DNA from: a virus
Reading direction: 5' to 3' (one strand)
Virus record (IMG/VR): IMGVR_UViG_3300042887_002430
Span: 28,483-92,482 of that record
DNA length: 64,000 nucleotides
The stretch's first letter is position 1; every line of letters begins with the position of its first letter. Below the pieces are notes generated by a model, which saw only the letters and a list, made by a program, of their open reading frames with translations, searched no databases and had not been told where the DNA came from. Below, in pieces: positions 39,397 to 50,639 of the stretch. Both the position numbers and the translations under genes were made by a program.

Positions 39397-39450
39397 ATTA
39401 CCAGCTTTTTTTGATAATAAATATCATTTTTGATTTAATGATTGGTAATT

Positions 39451-40917
39451 ATGAAAGAAGCTATTGAATTTATAAGAAAAAATAAAATTCATACATTGTT
39501 AGAATGGAAATTATATGTAAGTTGTCATTATAATAATGTCATATATTATAATTTAGATGGTGTACCATGCCCCGCATTACCAAGTTATGTTCCTCCTAAC
39601 ATTAAGACACAGTTAGCAAATTATCTTAAACTTAAAAAAAAATCAATAAAAAAACGTAACACTACTAAGACAATCAAAAATAGTAAAAGTAAAAAAACCC
39701 GTATTAAAAATGTTACTGTTCTCAATTTATTCCGTCCAGAACCTGACATACAGTTGAATGATTATCTATCATATAATGAATCTAGGGAATATATAAAACA
39801 ATACAATATTAAATGCTATCAGGATTGGTTACAACTAGTAATGAATGCTAGAAATCCTAATAATGCTTCATCGTTCAAACCATCTAATATCCCTGATAAT
39901 CCGAATGTTGTTTATCTTATGGATGATTCATGGTGCCATTGGGGACATTTTTTCAATATTAAGGAACGTGAGGTAAAATTAAAAACATATCATGTTCACA
40001 AAGACAAATATCTATCATATGAAGATGCAAAAATATTTGCACATACCTTAAAAATGAAAGGTTATTATGATTGGAAATTGTACACAGATTGTCCAAAGGC
40101 TAGAGATTATTATAACCAATTCGGGGAGGTATGTGCTAAAAAACCAATAACTATTCCTGTAAAGGTAAAAACCCATTATATGCAAACTGGAGAATGGGTA
40201 TCGTGGCCAGATTTTTTAGGATACGAAGAAAAAGTTAAAATTCCGCTGGAAACGTTACAACAATTAGCATTTGAAAATAATATCACTACCATTGCAGCAT
40301 GGGTAGTATTTGCAAGAAAAAATAAGTATCCGATGTATTTAAAAAACATTTATTATGATGTTTGGCAATCGTGGAAAATATTTTTCGGCACAGTACGATA
40401 TTCATATCTTGATTATTATGAAGCTAAGAAGTTTTTAAGTACCAAAAGTTTCCTTACCATCCAACAGTATACCAAATGGTGGGATAAAGAAATGCCAGAA
40501 TTCCTCCCTAGAGATTTAGCATTCTACCGAACCTTTTGTAAAGATAATGATATTACATTTAGTTCTAAAGATTTCCTAAGTTCTGGTATTGTTGAAAAAT
40601 TCAATAATATGGAAGATATTAGTGTTGTTTATATCAGTTGTTATAATGATGAATATGTTAATAATTTGATTAGTGTTTCTGTAGATAAACAAGGATTAGT
40701 GAATGCTGCATTAATTATGAAGAAAAAGAATCAACGGTTATTAGGTATGTTTAATTTAAAAGAAGATACTGAATTATTAAAAACTGTTATTAAGCAACAT
40801 TGTGTAAGATATTCGGGCGGCGAAAATAATCAATATTTGGTAACTAATTATCATAATTTTTTGAATGATATGAAAAATACTTTTGATGAAGTAATCATGC
40901 CATCTCTCATAACATGA
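39451..40917 (+). CDS. protein with tandem integrase-repeat-like / helicase-associated-like units
   Basis: About 5 units of Y.SY.EA..F.....W..Y...P..IP..P...Y...W..W..F. Confidence 0.65.
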   Translation: MKEAIEFIRKNKIHTLLEWKLYVSCHYNNVIYYNLDGVPCPALPSYVPPNIKTQLANYLKLKKKSIKKRNTTKTIKNSKSKKTRIKNVTVLNLFRPEPDIQLNDYLSYNESREYIKQYNIKCYQDWLQLVMNARNPNNASSFKPSNIPDNPNVVYLMDDSWCHWGHFFNIKEREVKLKTYHVHKDKYLSYEDAKIFAHTLKMKGYYDWKLYTDCPKARDYYNQFGEVCAKKPITIPVKVKTHYMQTGEWVSWPDFLGYEEKVKIPLETLQQLAFENNITTIAAWVVFARKNKYPMYLKNIYYDVWQSWKIFFGTVRYSYLDYYEAKKFLSTKSFLTIQQYTKWWDKEMPEFLPRDLAFYRTFCKDNDITFSSKDFLSSGIVEKFNNMEDISVVYISCYNDEYVNNLISVSVDKQGLVNAALIMKKKNQRLLGMFNLKEDTELLKTVIKQHCVRYSGGENNQYLVTNYHNFLNDMKNTFDEVIMPSLIT

Positions 40918-40956
40918 TAAATATAAGATGTTTCTACAATTGGACAATTATTAAAT

Positions 40957-43900
40957 ATGGCAAACTTTGATTATCGTAAAGATTCATTAAAAGTAGATGA
41001 ATTACTACCTGAGAATTTACAGACAGAAATTATGGTTTCTGTTTTTAATAATGGGATTAATAGATTATTAACTTCTCCTGATACCGTTCGTTCTGCTGGT
41101 TCAATTGGGCAGAATTATAAAAAAGTGTATAAAAATAGAATAACAGAGGATGTTAATCATAAAGATTATATTCATCGTACTACATATCAATTACAACCAT
41201 TAGTATATTCTAAAATTGCCACAGAAGAGTTTATTACATCATATAAAGATATATTAACAAAATTACAATTCTTGTGTGGTGATGATATTGTAGACCGTCA
41301 AGATAAATGGGCTGATTGTGAACAATTTGATTTTGCACCACCCATTGATTTAGATAAATTTGTAAATTATCAAAATTACGTTTGGGTGGATAATACAGAA
41401 CCAGATTATATTACCATGAATAACTCTTTGACTAGAGCTAATTCTAGGGTTGCAGAATTATCAAAAAATTCGGCAACCGCAACGGTAATTCAACCATATT
41501 TAGATTCGGTAACAAATTTAACAAAACAAATATCAGATATAATGCATAAAACTATATGGGGCAATAATGTTATTGACCATAAGTACATGTGGATAGAATC
41601 TAATAAATGGGTACACAAATCTGATGCACCTGCGGGGTTTTTACCAGCAGAACGACCCATTATAGAATATTTTAGCAATATTGAAGTTAATGAATGGAAT
41701 TATACTAAACATAATTGGTTATACAGAAAAAACATTTTGTCACCATGGATACCATCTGATACCGGTCCAACCGATAGTGAACTATTAACTAGATATCCTA
41801 TTATTGATTGGAATCCTGCTGCTTCATCTATGACGATAGCCAACAATCTAACATCAGTTTTTGTAAAAAATTTAAAATTTACTATTAAAGAAGCTACCGA
41901 TTCCAGTAATAATAATTATTATACCGTAGTATCTAGTACAGTTGATACTACTAATGGTAATACCATTATCGTAGTTTCCGAAACTATTACGGCAATGGCA
42001 AAGCATAACATAGCACAGTCATATTCATATGTTGGTAATACCAATAATACTATGCCTGACGAAAATTTGGGAACTACTGGTGATTTCTATGGAATAATTG
42101 TACCTGTTGCTAAAACTAGTAAAGGGGATAATTGGTTAGGGTTGCATCAACATTGGGCTTGGGTATCACAAGAATTACAGACAGCAGTAAACCATCAAAT
42201 CCAAGATGCAGCACAATTTGAGCAAGTATTTGTAGTAGGAAATGAAGCATATGATACTCAAGCATATGATGCCGAATTAGGTTTTGATGGGAAAACCAGA
42301 TATACCTTCGACGTACCATACATTTATGATACCGATGATTTACAAGTATATATTAATGGTGTTAGACAATATGGTACATATAATGAAGTTATTGACGATG
42401 TAGATAGTAGATTCGATGATGACCCATTAGAATTCACACGATACGAATACCCTAATGTCCCAGTATTAGTATCATCATATAGCATTGATTTTACAATACC
42501 GTTAGCCAGACACGATACAATTCTTATAAAAGTTGGAGCACCATGTGAAAAAGATGTTAAAAAACATGGTATTACAGTAGGGTGTTATGATGAAACAAAT
42601 CCAAACACCCCAAAATTAAAATATAAAAATTTGGTTGAATATCGTTTACATGAACAAGTTAAAATAAATAAGAATCAATATTTGCATTTTGATTTGTATC
42701 ATCCAAATGAACAAACTGCTTATACCGCAAATCCTATATTTAAATATAAGGAAGATATTTCATTTAATTATGATAATCTCCTAATGGTTAGAACTAATAT
42801 AGTTGAAAGTAATGACCCCAATAAACCATATGATATTAATGCAATTTTCGAAAATTTGGCAGTAGATGATAATGGGTTATTATGCTATAAACAATATGAA
42901 AATAGTGTCGAGAATCTATATAGTATTTGGAGAAAATGTCCAGATAATTATGTACCCCAAAAAGTAGATATTTATAGAAATCCTGTTTTGGATACTACCA
43001 CACCATGTGACTGGGAACTTCCTGCTCCATTTATACATAATATCTATAATGAATGTAGGGTAGATGTTTTATATAAAGAATTAAAAAATCATTTTAATGA
43101 TATCCTTACATATCAAACATTATCTTCAGATTTTGCTAATGTAACTTACGTTGCTAAAATGTTAGAGAATTATGTATATTCTGGTGGATATATTAAAGTG
43201 TTCAACGGTAGATATGATTTATTAGTATCCTCTATTCATCAAAACATTGTTAACATAATAACATTAATAAATTATGCAAAACAACAATATTTTGACAATA
43301 TTGATAATTTAAAGACTACTATATTAAAAGATATATTAAGTAATGATAATTATGATTCTAATTATCACATATCGAATTTCGTAGAAAATACGTATCTAAA
43401 TAGAACCTTTTCTGATACTACTACTGTAAAAACAGTTGCCAATATTAAGTATGGTATTAAGAATTGGATTACTACATTGCCAATTCTTGGATTTATGGAA
43501 CCAGTAGAACCAAGACATATATACGATAGTAAATTAGGCATTAATAAAATATTACACCATGATGGGCATTATTCGGATATTTCACACGATACCTTAATTG
43601 ATGCTATTATCAGTAAATATAAAAAAAATAACCCAGCATATATTGAGGCTGATATCAATAGCCTAATTGATATTGTTAATAAAAATATCATCGAAACTGT
43701 ATTAATAGTAGAAAATAAACTATATGACCGTGCAAAATTAGAACAGATTAAATTCAATTTTGTAGATATTATTAATGGTGAGCAATCGTTATTTGATGAT
43801 AAATTAAATATTCTATTTTCTGAATATGCGAAATCATTAGACGATATGGCAATCACGAATGATTTTACTATCGGTGATGCTTTCACTTGGAATTATTCAG

Positions 43901-46900
43901 GGATAGAAACAGAACCAGCATTAACAATTTCACAAAACCCTACAAAATGGGGAGCACATTGGAAAGAGATATATAAACAACAATACAATACCTCTTATCC
44001 TCATTTAGAACCTTGGAAATTACAAGGATATACGGAAAAACCTACACATTGGGATAGTGTTTACTTAGATAGTGGTACATGGTCTCCACAAATGTGGACT
44101 AATATTAGAAATGGTATTATTGATTCTGGATTATCTGCTCCCCCATCTTCTCCACCTACATATACTATAATAAGTGTTAATGATACCGGGACTAAACATG
44201 GTTCATATGATGTTAATGAATTAATACCACCATATGTTAGTATTCCCGCATTATCACAGAATTCATTAATATTTGGTGATATGACTTCAGTAGAAGCCGT
44301 CAATATCATTTCAAAAGTTACTAATAATTATATTCGTCAACGATATGAAGAATCTATAAATTATAATTACGATAAATTTATGGTATTGTTCAAACTACAA
44401 CCATTAAAAATATTAAGATTAGCATTTGGTGATGAATATTATGATACTACCAAAAATGGAGGTTTGTTAATTAACAAAACTTCTAATGCGGTACCATCAC
44501 ATAAAGATATAATATTCCATGGTACATTAGTTAACAACGTATCATATTCTGCACATGGTATTAACCAATGGTATACTAATATCTTACGTTCAGAAAATAA
44601 TATTATTAGTATGGATGATTTTATAACTATGTGGACTGCATGGGAAAGTAAACTATCATACCAAACTAATTCTATCATAAATGACAAAACCTTGATGTTA
44701 GATAATGAATTTTTTAACATTTACCACCAAGATTACTCCGTACATGTAAAAAAATCACCATCTGTTATTGCCAAATGGTTGCATTCATTACTATTTTCTG
44801 TATATAGAAGTGGTACGTATGGATATAAAAATGGGGTTAAAATACCAACCGATGGGAACGATTGGTTATTTACTGTTGATATTCCAGTCACTGGTAATCA
44901 AGAATTGTATTACTACGGTACCAGAAATTATAAAATTAGAAGTGTGGATGTAGTGAATAATACTTTCTCACTAGATGTTTCTGAAGCCATTATGGGCAGC
45001 AATATTACCGAAACACAATTATTAGAAAATAATAAAAACATTTTATGGAACAATAATGAAACCGTATTTGTTGATTATGTTTCACCAACATTAAACAAAT
45101 CTTTCGATTATGCTATTGTAAAATATGATACCAATACATTTGGTCTTTCTAAGTATAATTCAAATACTAATACTACTGAAGTAATAGATTTGTACGATAC
45201 CATAAATTGTTATTATATCCCAGATAGTATTACTATAGGTAGTTTACGTATTGATAAAGATAATAATTTATATCAATACACCGCTAACGGTTGGGAAATA
45301 TTATCTAATAGTTCTAATGATTTTATAGTTTCCGCATTTACTGATATTAAATTATATAATAATGGGTTACCATTATTAATAGGTTACACCATTACGGGGA
45401 CTACTATATCTATCGATAAATCTATTACACTAAATGACTTTACTGTTGTTTTAGATTATACACATCCTGTACCAGTTTACACAATCCCAGTATTATTTAA
45501 TGATGGTGATTTGAAATATAATGCCTCTAATAAAATAATGCAATATAGAGCAATGGCCGGAGTTTGGGTATCATATTCAACTACAACCAATGATTTCATA
45601 TTACCAACTGATAGTAGTGATGTATATATCTACAATGATTCTAAATTATTATCATATGGATACACTATCACTGGTTCTAAAGTATCACTAGATTCTTCTG
45701 TTATTTTAAACAATTTGCATATTAAAATTGCAATTCCTAGCAATACTACAATACAACAAAGATTAGATGAATTTACAGTATTAGATAAATCAAATAATTC
45801 TGATATGTGGTATAATTTGGTATTGGATAAACAGAATGTTAAAAAGATAATTCTTAAAAATGATAAATTTATCGGAATTCAACCAATCATTGATTTTATA
45901 CAAGGATATTATGTATATGCTACTGATAACGGATTTGTGTTAACTGATGAATTAAATCCAAAAAATGATGTTGAATATCCAACCAGAATTAGAGGATGGA
46001 AACTAGAAATAGAAAAATTTATTCATACCTTATATTCTGGTGCTGATTTTACCACAATATTAGTGAATCCTTTTAGATATGAGTTTTGGGTAAACACTCC
46101 AGTGGGTGTAGTTTCTGACCTCCTCAGAGGCCCGTACAGAGATGTTAATCTATACCCTATAGTATATGATAGCCTTGGTAAATCTATCAAGAGTATGGAG
46201 AATCTGAAGCTATTTAGAACAGATAAAAGCTCTCATCTAACATATCCAGAAAACAGTGATAATTTCATCGGGGGCATACATATCTTCTTAGATTATTATG
46301 AACATGTCATCATGTTCAATGATTATACCATCAATTACAATATGATTTATGACCATTTTGTTGGTGTTAATAATGAAGATATTAAAATAAGTCTAAACAA
46401 ACATTACGAAACGAATGGTAGACCTAATATTGGTGGGGGATTCTTATCAAATAACAATATTATTGATAATATCGAAACCGATGCTATGAATTTCCAACAA
46501 CTATATGATATCTATGCTGATACTGAAGAAAATGAATATATTAATAATGTAAGAGCATTATTAGGATATGATAATTCGAAAGACTATGGTACTTTTAATG
46601 CTAAATCAAAATTCTTATTCTGGAAAGGGTTGATGCATCAAAAAGGAACATCTGATAGTGTTAATATGTTTGCTACACAAGGTCATTCTACCAATATCAA
46701 TATTGATGAGTATTGGGCATATCGTATTAGTGAATATGGTGATGCTAAAATAAAACGTGAACAATATGTGAACATTAAATCATCCGATTTTATCAATCAT
46801 AATATTTTGTATCAATTCGTTACTGATGGTTATATTAAAGATACCAAATTTATACAGATAGATAAAAATGATATTACCCGTTGGGATGATACTACCACAG

Positions 46901-49272
46901 ATAATAATGGAACTATTAATTTAGAGTTTTCATCATGTGTTAGAATAGAAATTAACAATTATAAAAAATCATCAAATCCTCACCCATTGACGACAATAAT
47001 AGATACTACATCGTATCCCTACTTGTATTTAGATAGTTATATTGATGATTGTGATATTTTTGTAGAAAACGAACATAATGAATACTTTAATTATCCAGTA
47101 TCATCATGTGTTATTACAGTTCCACAATACGCCGACATTTCATCGGTTATTATTGCTAAGGAAGCTGTTTCATATATAAAATTAACTAATACAACATTAG
47201 AACTTCCAATAACCGGAAATTATAAGGATGTTATAGTCACATATTCTGATGGGACTTCCGAGACCGCAGTAGCAGTACCATATACTGTGGTAGTAGAGAT
47301 ACCATTCCACATTCCTAATATTGGTATGATTACTGTATATGCTAATAATAGTGAAGTTAAATTTACTTCTATTGATAATACTCACATATCCATACACTTA
47401 TCAGATGTTAGCCAATTTTCAAAATTAGCAATATCGGTATTGTTCAATAGAGGTAAATTAGTAAAGGATGTTCATTTTACAATATTAAAATCGAATCTTA
47501 TTAAATTCCATATTTCAGAAATCATATTTCGTGATTTGGTAGTATGTGATGTAAATTTGTTAAATTATTATAATAAATTAACGGCTTCCGTTATTGATAC
47601 CAATAATGATATATTATTAAGTACGGTACCATATTATCATCCAGCATTAAAAATATATCCAACAAAAATATCATTGGTTGAATATATTTCTGATAGTGAC
47701 CCCGCAAACTATGCAGATTTCAAATGGAGTGACCCAGAATTAGGACAAAAATGGTTGGATGTTTCTAATTTAGGATATTATATGTACCACGATAAACAAA
47801 TTTATCCAAAATTAGAAGATAGAATAGCTTATTGGGGTTTAACTTCTGAATGGAGTAGAATCCAATGTTATGAATGGGTTAGCTCTACTGTCCCACCTAA
47901 TGTATGGGAAGATAATAATCAAATTGGTAAACCATTAGCTATATTGTATAAACAAGTTAAAAATACAATATTTGATTTTTGGGAAGATGAATATGTTGAA
48001 AAAACTACATACCAAATAATAAATTCATTTGACCATGCAACCACCGATGGTACATTAACGTTTCTAGTATCGTTGAATGTTAGTACAACTGATGTTTATA
48101 AGCTATATATTAATGAAATATTAACCACTGATTACAGTATTAATATTACCAATGGTGTTATTTCTTCTATTGTAGTTAACAATATTACTAACAAAGATAC
48201 TATCAGATTGGTTAGATTTGCCGATGATGTGACTACAAAAAATATAACATCTAAAAGTAATGATATGGTAAAATATCGTTTCGAATATCCGTATAATTCG
48301 ATTGTTACTTATGATAATATTGGTATTAACGGTGCAACAACCTATTATTTTTGGGCAACTAATCAGATATCCAGAAATTATAACAATCTGTCTACCTATG
48401 ATATAGAACAATTGTTTATATACAATAATAATCCATATCATTTTTACCAAGGATTGGATAAATGGGTTGTTAAGAATGTTAATGAATATTTAAATTACAA
48501 TGATATTGCATTACAGATTATTAAAAATGATACCATCACTTCTGATAATCCTATTGTAGATAATGTTAATAATGTATACAAAGAATGGACTTTAATTAAT
48601 GAAAAAGCTAATAAAAAGATACCATTTATGTTATGGATTCGAATTATAGAATCTATGGTTGGAAAATCTATCAATGATTATTCTGCGGTACCCGAATATA
48701 ATAAGGTAGTATTTGACAATATACATAATACTAACACTAGATATGGTATAAATCCTGGACAAGTTGTTGGTGATAAAGATAATGTTATTATATCTATATT
48801 TGATTTGTTATATGATGGTTCATTCAATATTGATAACATATTGACACCTACTGCAACAGTGACTAGTCTAGCTACCATTATAACATCTATTGCTACAGAT
48901 AAAGAGAATTTCCTGTATTATTATAAATTTAATGATAGTTCTAATTATAATATAAAATATAAGTTCTACGATGATAGAGATATTATACACGGACTTGCAT
49001 ATATTGATTCTGGATTATTAAACAATATATCCACCAAATTAACTACCATTGTATCAAAAGATGGTTTCTTGGATACCTATAAATTTAATGCTATGGATAA
49101 TATCATTGAAGGAATGTTATTATTATATTTAACCTGTTCAACAGAAACAGTAAATACAATATTCTTCCACATTTTTAAAGATATGGTTGCATATAATACT
49201 AAATTGGATGGTATCTTTAAAACATCATTAATTGTGGCAAATTGTGAAATTACATTGAATAAAACATCATGA
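40957..49272 (+). CDS. giant virion structural protein (baseplate-wedge-like)
   Basis: 2771 aa; YQLQP, PPIDLDKFVNY..Y.W, FTWNY, PHLEPW and EYWAYRISEYG; ATAAATA upstream. Confidence 0.75.
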   Translation: MANFDYRKDSLKVDELLPENLQTEIMVSVFNNGINRLLTSPDTVRSAGSIGQNYKKVYKNRITEDVNHKDYIHRTTYQLQPLVYSKIATEEFITSYKDILTKLQFLCGDDIVDRQDKWADCEQFDFAPPIDLDKFVNYQNYVWVDNTEPDYITMNNSLTRANSRVAELSKNSATATVIQPYLDSVTNLTKQISDIMHKTIWGNNVIDHKYMWIESNKWVHKSDAPAGFLPAERPIIEYFSNIEVNEWNYTKHNWLYRKNILSPWIPSDTGPTDSELLTRYPIIDWNPAASSMTIANNLTSVFVKNLKFTIKEATDSSNNNYYTVVSSTVDTTNGNTIIVVSETITAMAKHNIAQSYSYVGNTNNTMPDENLGTTGDFYGIIVPVAKTSKGDNWLGLHQHWAWVSQELQTAVNHQIQDAAQFEQVFVVGNEAYDTQAYDAELGFDGKTRYTFDVPYIYDTDDLQVYINGVRQYGTYNEVIDDVDSRFDDDPLEFTRYEYPNVPVLVSSYSIDFTIPLARHDTILIKVGAPCEKDVKKHGITVGCYDETNPNTPKLKYKNLVEYRLHEQVKINKNQYLHFDLYHPNEQTAYTANPIFKYKEDISFNYDNLLMVRTNIVESNDPNKPYDINAIFENLAVDDNGLLCYKQYENSVENLYSIWRKCPDNYVPQKVDIYRNPVLDTTTPCDWELPAPFIHNIYNECRVDVLYKELKNHFNDILTYQTLSSDFANVTYVAKMLENYVYSGGYIKVFNGRYDLLVSSIHQNIVNIITLINYAKQQYFDNIDNLKTTILKDILSNDNYDSNYHISNFVENTYLNRTFSDTTTVKTVANIKYGIKNWITTLPILGFMEPVEPRHIYDSKLGINKILHHDGHYSDISHDTLIDAIISKYKKNNPAYIEADINSLIDIVNKNIIETVLIVENKLYDRAKLEQIKFNFVDIINGEQSLFDDKLNILFSEYAKSLDDMAITNDFTIGDAFTWNYSGIETEPALTISQNPTKWGAHWKEIYKQQYNTSYPHLEPWKLQGYTEKPTHWDSVYLDSGTWSPQMWTNIRNGIIDSGLSAPPSSPPTYTIISVNDTGTKHGSYDVNELIPPYVSIPALSQNSLIFGDMTSVEAVNIISKVTNNYIRQRYEESINYNYDKFMVLFKLQPLKILRLAFGDEYYDTTKNGGLLINKTSNAVPSHKDIIFHGTLVNNVSYSAHGINQWYTNILRSENNIISMDDFITMWTAWESKLSYQTNSIINDKTLMLDNEFFNIYHQDYSVHVKKSPSVIAKWLHSLLFSVYRSGTYGYKNGVKIPTDGNDWLFTVDIPVTGNQELYYYGTRNYKIRSVDVVNNTFSLDVSEAIMGSNITETQLLENNKNILWNNNETVFVDYVSPTLNKSFDYAIVKYDTNTFGLSKYNSNTNTTEVIDLYDTINCYYIPDSITIGSLRIDKDNNLYQYTANGWEILSNSSNDFIVSAFTDIKLYNNGLPLLIGYTITGTTISIDKSITLNDFTVVLDYTHPVPVYTIPVLFNDGDLKYNASNKIMQYRAMAGVWVSYSTTTNDFILPTDSSDVYIYNDSKLLSYGYTITGSKVSLDSSVILNNLHIKIAIPSNTTIQQRLDEFTVLDKSNNSDMWYNLVLDKQNVKKIILKNDKFIGIQPIIDFIQGYYVYATDNGFVLTDELNPKNDVEYPTRIRGWKLEIEKFIHTLYSGADFTTILVNPFRYEFWVNTPVGVVSDLLRGPYRDVNLYPIVYDSLGKSIKSMENLKLFRTDKSSHLTYPENSDNFIGGIHIFLDYYEHVIMFNDYTINYNMIYDHFVGVNNEDIKISLNKHYETNGRPNIGGGFLSNNNIIDNIETDAMNFQQLYDIYADTEENEYINNVRALLGYDNSKDYGTFNAKSKFLFWKGLMHQKGTSDSVNMFATQGHSTNINIDEYWAYRISEYGDAKIKREQYVNIKSSDFINHNILYQFVTDGYIKDTKFIQIDKNDITRWDDTTTDNNGTINLEFSSCVRIEINNYKKSSNPHPLTTIIDTTSYPYLYLDSYIDDCDIFVENEHNEYFNYPVSSCVITVPQYADISSVIIAKEAVSYIKLTNTTLELPITGNYKDVIVTYSDGTSETAVAVPYTVVVEIPFHIPNIGMITVYANNSEVKFTSIDNTHISIHLSDVSQFSKLAISVLFNRGKLVKDVHFTILKSNLIKFHISEIIFRDLVVCDVNLLNYYNKLTASVIDTNNDILLSTVPYYHPALKIYPTKISLVEYISDSDPANYADFKWSDPELGQKWLDVSNLGYYMYHDKQIYPKLEDRIAYWGLTSEWSRIQCYEWVSSTVPPNVWEDNNQIGKPLAILYKQVKNTIFDFWEDEYVEKTTYQIINSFDHATTDGTLTFLVSLNVSTTDVYKLYINEILTTDYSINITNGVISSIVVNNITNKDTIRLVRFADDVTTKNITSKSNDMVKYRFEYPYNSIVTYDNIGINGATTYYFWATNQISRNYNNLSTYDIEQLFIYNNNPYHFYQGLDKWVVKNVNEYLNYNDIALQIIKNDTITSDNPIVDNVNNVYKEWTLINEKANKKIPFMLWIRIIESMVGKSINDYSAVPEYNKVVFDNIHNTNTRYGINPGQVVGDKDNVIISIFDLLYDGSFNIDNILTPTATVTSLATIITSIATDKENFLYYYKFNDSSNYNIKYKFYDDRDIIHGLAYIDSGLLNNISTKLTTIVSKDGFLDTYKFNAMDNIIEGMLLLYLTCSTETVNTIFFHIFKDMVAYNTKLDGIFKTSLIVANCEITLNKTS

Positions 49273-50057
49273 TATATTCTAAATTAAATCCTATTATAAA
49301 AGATAGTATTACTGATTTCTACGAGAAATCAGTAATCTCTTATATTAACTTAACAAAACCATATCATACAAAATTAAAAGATATTATTGTTAATTTCAAA
49401 TTTGTTGAAAATATAAATGCAATAATTGATGAGACTGGTCAACCACCAGTTGATACAATAGTACCAGGAACTATCGGTCCTGTTAATTTATTTGATACCA
49501 TTAATGCTCTAACTAATGATAATATTATTAGCACAATAGGCTTCATTTTGGATTATAATAAAACAGAATATGTAGATGATTACGGTCAACCTTTAAAATT
49601 GTTGTCAAAATATAAAAAAGAAAGCTATGGCTATGAAATAGTGCCCTTCGGGCATTCTCCGTTAGGTGCTAACCTAGACCATACTGCTATAGGTGATGTG
49701 TATGATATGTTACATCCAACATATGAATATAATCAAAATAATAATGATACTACTATTAAGACCAGTATTAAAGAACGTTTGATTATTGATACTTCTCGAA
49801 CATTAGTATTAGGGTTCGATTATAGACCATATGATACCGATAAGTATGATACTATAGATACTACTGGCGTAACGATACCACCACCAAAAGTATTTGTACA
49901 TTCAGATACATGTGGTGATGAAAGTTTTGTTTGGGGTGGATTAGATACTGATATATTCCATAAATTCTTTACTGATTGGGATACGGATACTTTAGAATTG
50001 CCAAGAACTTTACCACCATTCGATACTGATATATTTGAAAAAATGTTTAAGAATTAA
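49269..50057 (+). CDS. virion structural protein
   Basis: YINLTKPYHTKL; ATGA overlap with the giant gene. Confidence 0.65.
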   Translation: MIYSKLNPIIKDSITDFYEKSVISYINLTKPYHTKLKDIIVNFKFVENINAIIDETGQPPVDTIVPGTIGPVNLFDTINALTNDNIISTIGFILDYNKTEYVDDYGQPLKLLSKYKKESYGYEIVPFGHSPLGANLDHTAIGDVYDMLHPTYEYNQNNNDTTIKTSIKERLIIDTSRTLVLGFDYRPYDTDKYDTIDTTGVTIPPPKVFVHSDTCGDESFVWGGLDTDIFHKFFTDWDTDTLELPRTLPPFDTDIFEKMFKN

Positions 50058-50087
50058 AAAAAAAGCCCCTCGTTGAGGGGCTTTTTT
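50056..50087. terminator. bidirectional terminator
   Basis: A-run-GCCCCTC-GTT-GAGGGGC-T-run. Confidence 0.85.
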
Positions 50088-50533
50088 TAACGTTTTGACG
50101 TATGGTATTTCAATTCATCAATTTCTCGAAGCAATTCTTCTTGCTTCTGTTTTAATCCTTCCATATCATGATACAGTTGAGAAATATTATTAAATTTTTC
50201 ATCTGTAGTAGCTTTATATATAGCTAATTGATTCGTTGATTCAGTAATATTATTTTCTAAAACATTATATTGAGCAGCGGCTGCTAAAACTAATGCTAAT
50301 ACTTGTAATACTACCTCTACCGTAAAAGTTGATTTTTTAGGATTCATTTTTTCCACCGTCATAGGTTCTTCTCGTTGAATTATCACATTGGCGATTTGAC
50401 CATACTCGTTATAGTAAGTATTGTTATCTTCGTCATAAAATAAATTCATGTGAGGAACATATTTGCCGGGAGGAGATGCATCCGCATTTCCTGTATACAA
50501 ATGATTGTTTTTTATCCGTATTCTTGACATCAT
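50087..50533 (-). CDS. membrane-anchored coiled-coil protein
   Basis: One TM segment followed by a coiled coil; AAGGTGGT RBS and ATAAATA upstream. Confidence 0.6.
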   Translation of the reverse strand: MMSRIRIKNNHLYTGNADASPPGKYVPHMNLFYDEDNNTYYNEYGQIANVIIQREEPMTVEKMNPKKSTFTVEVVLQVLALVLAAAAQYNVLENNITESTNQLAIYKATTDEKFNNISQLYHDMEGLKQKQEELLREIDELKYHTSKR

Positions 50534-50639
50534 ACCACCTTCCTTGCTACACCACTAATATTTATGGTTTTATGAGAAAATAAAATTGCAACATAATAAT
50601 TTTTAAGATATAATTGTTATTTAAATATCAGGAGGCAAT

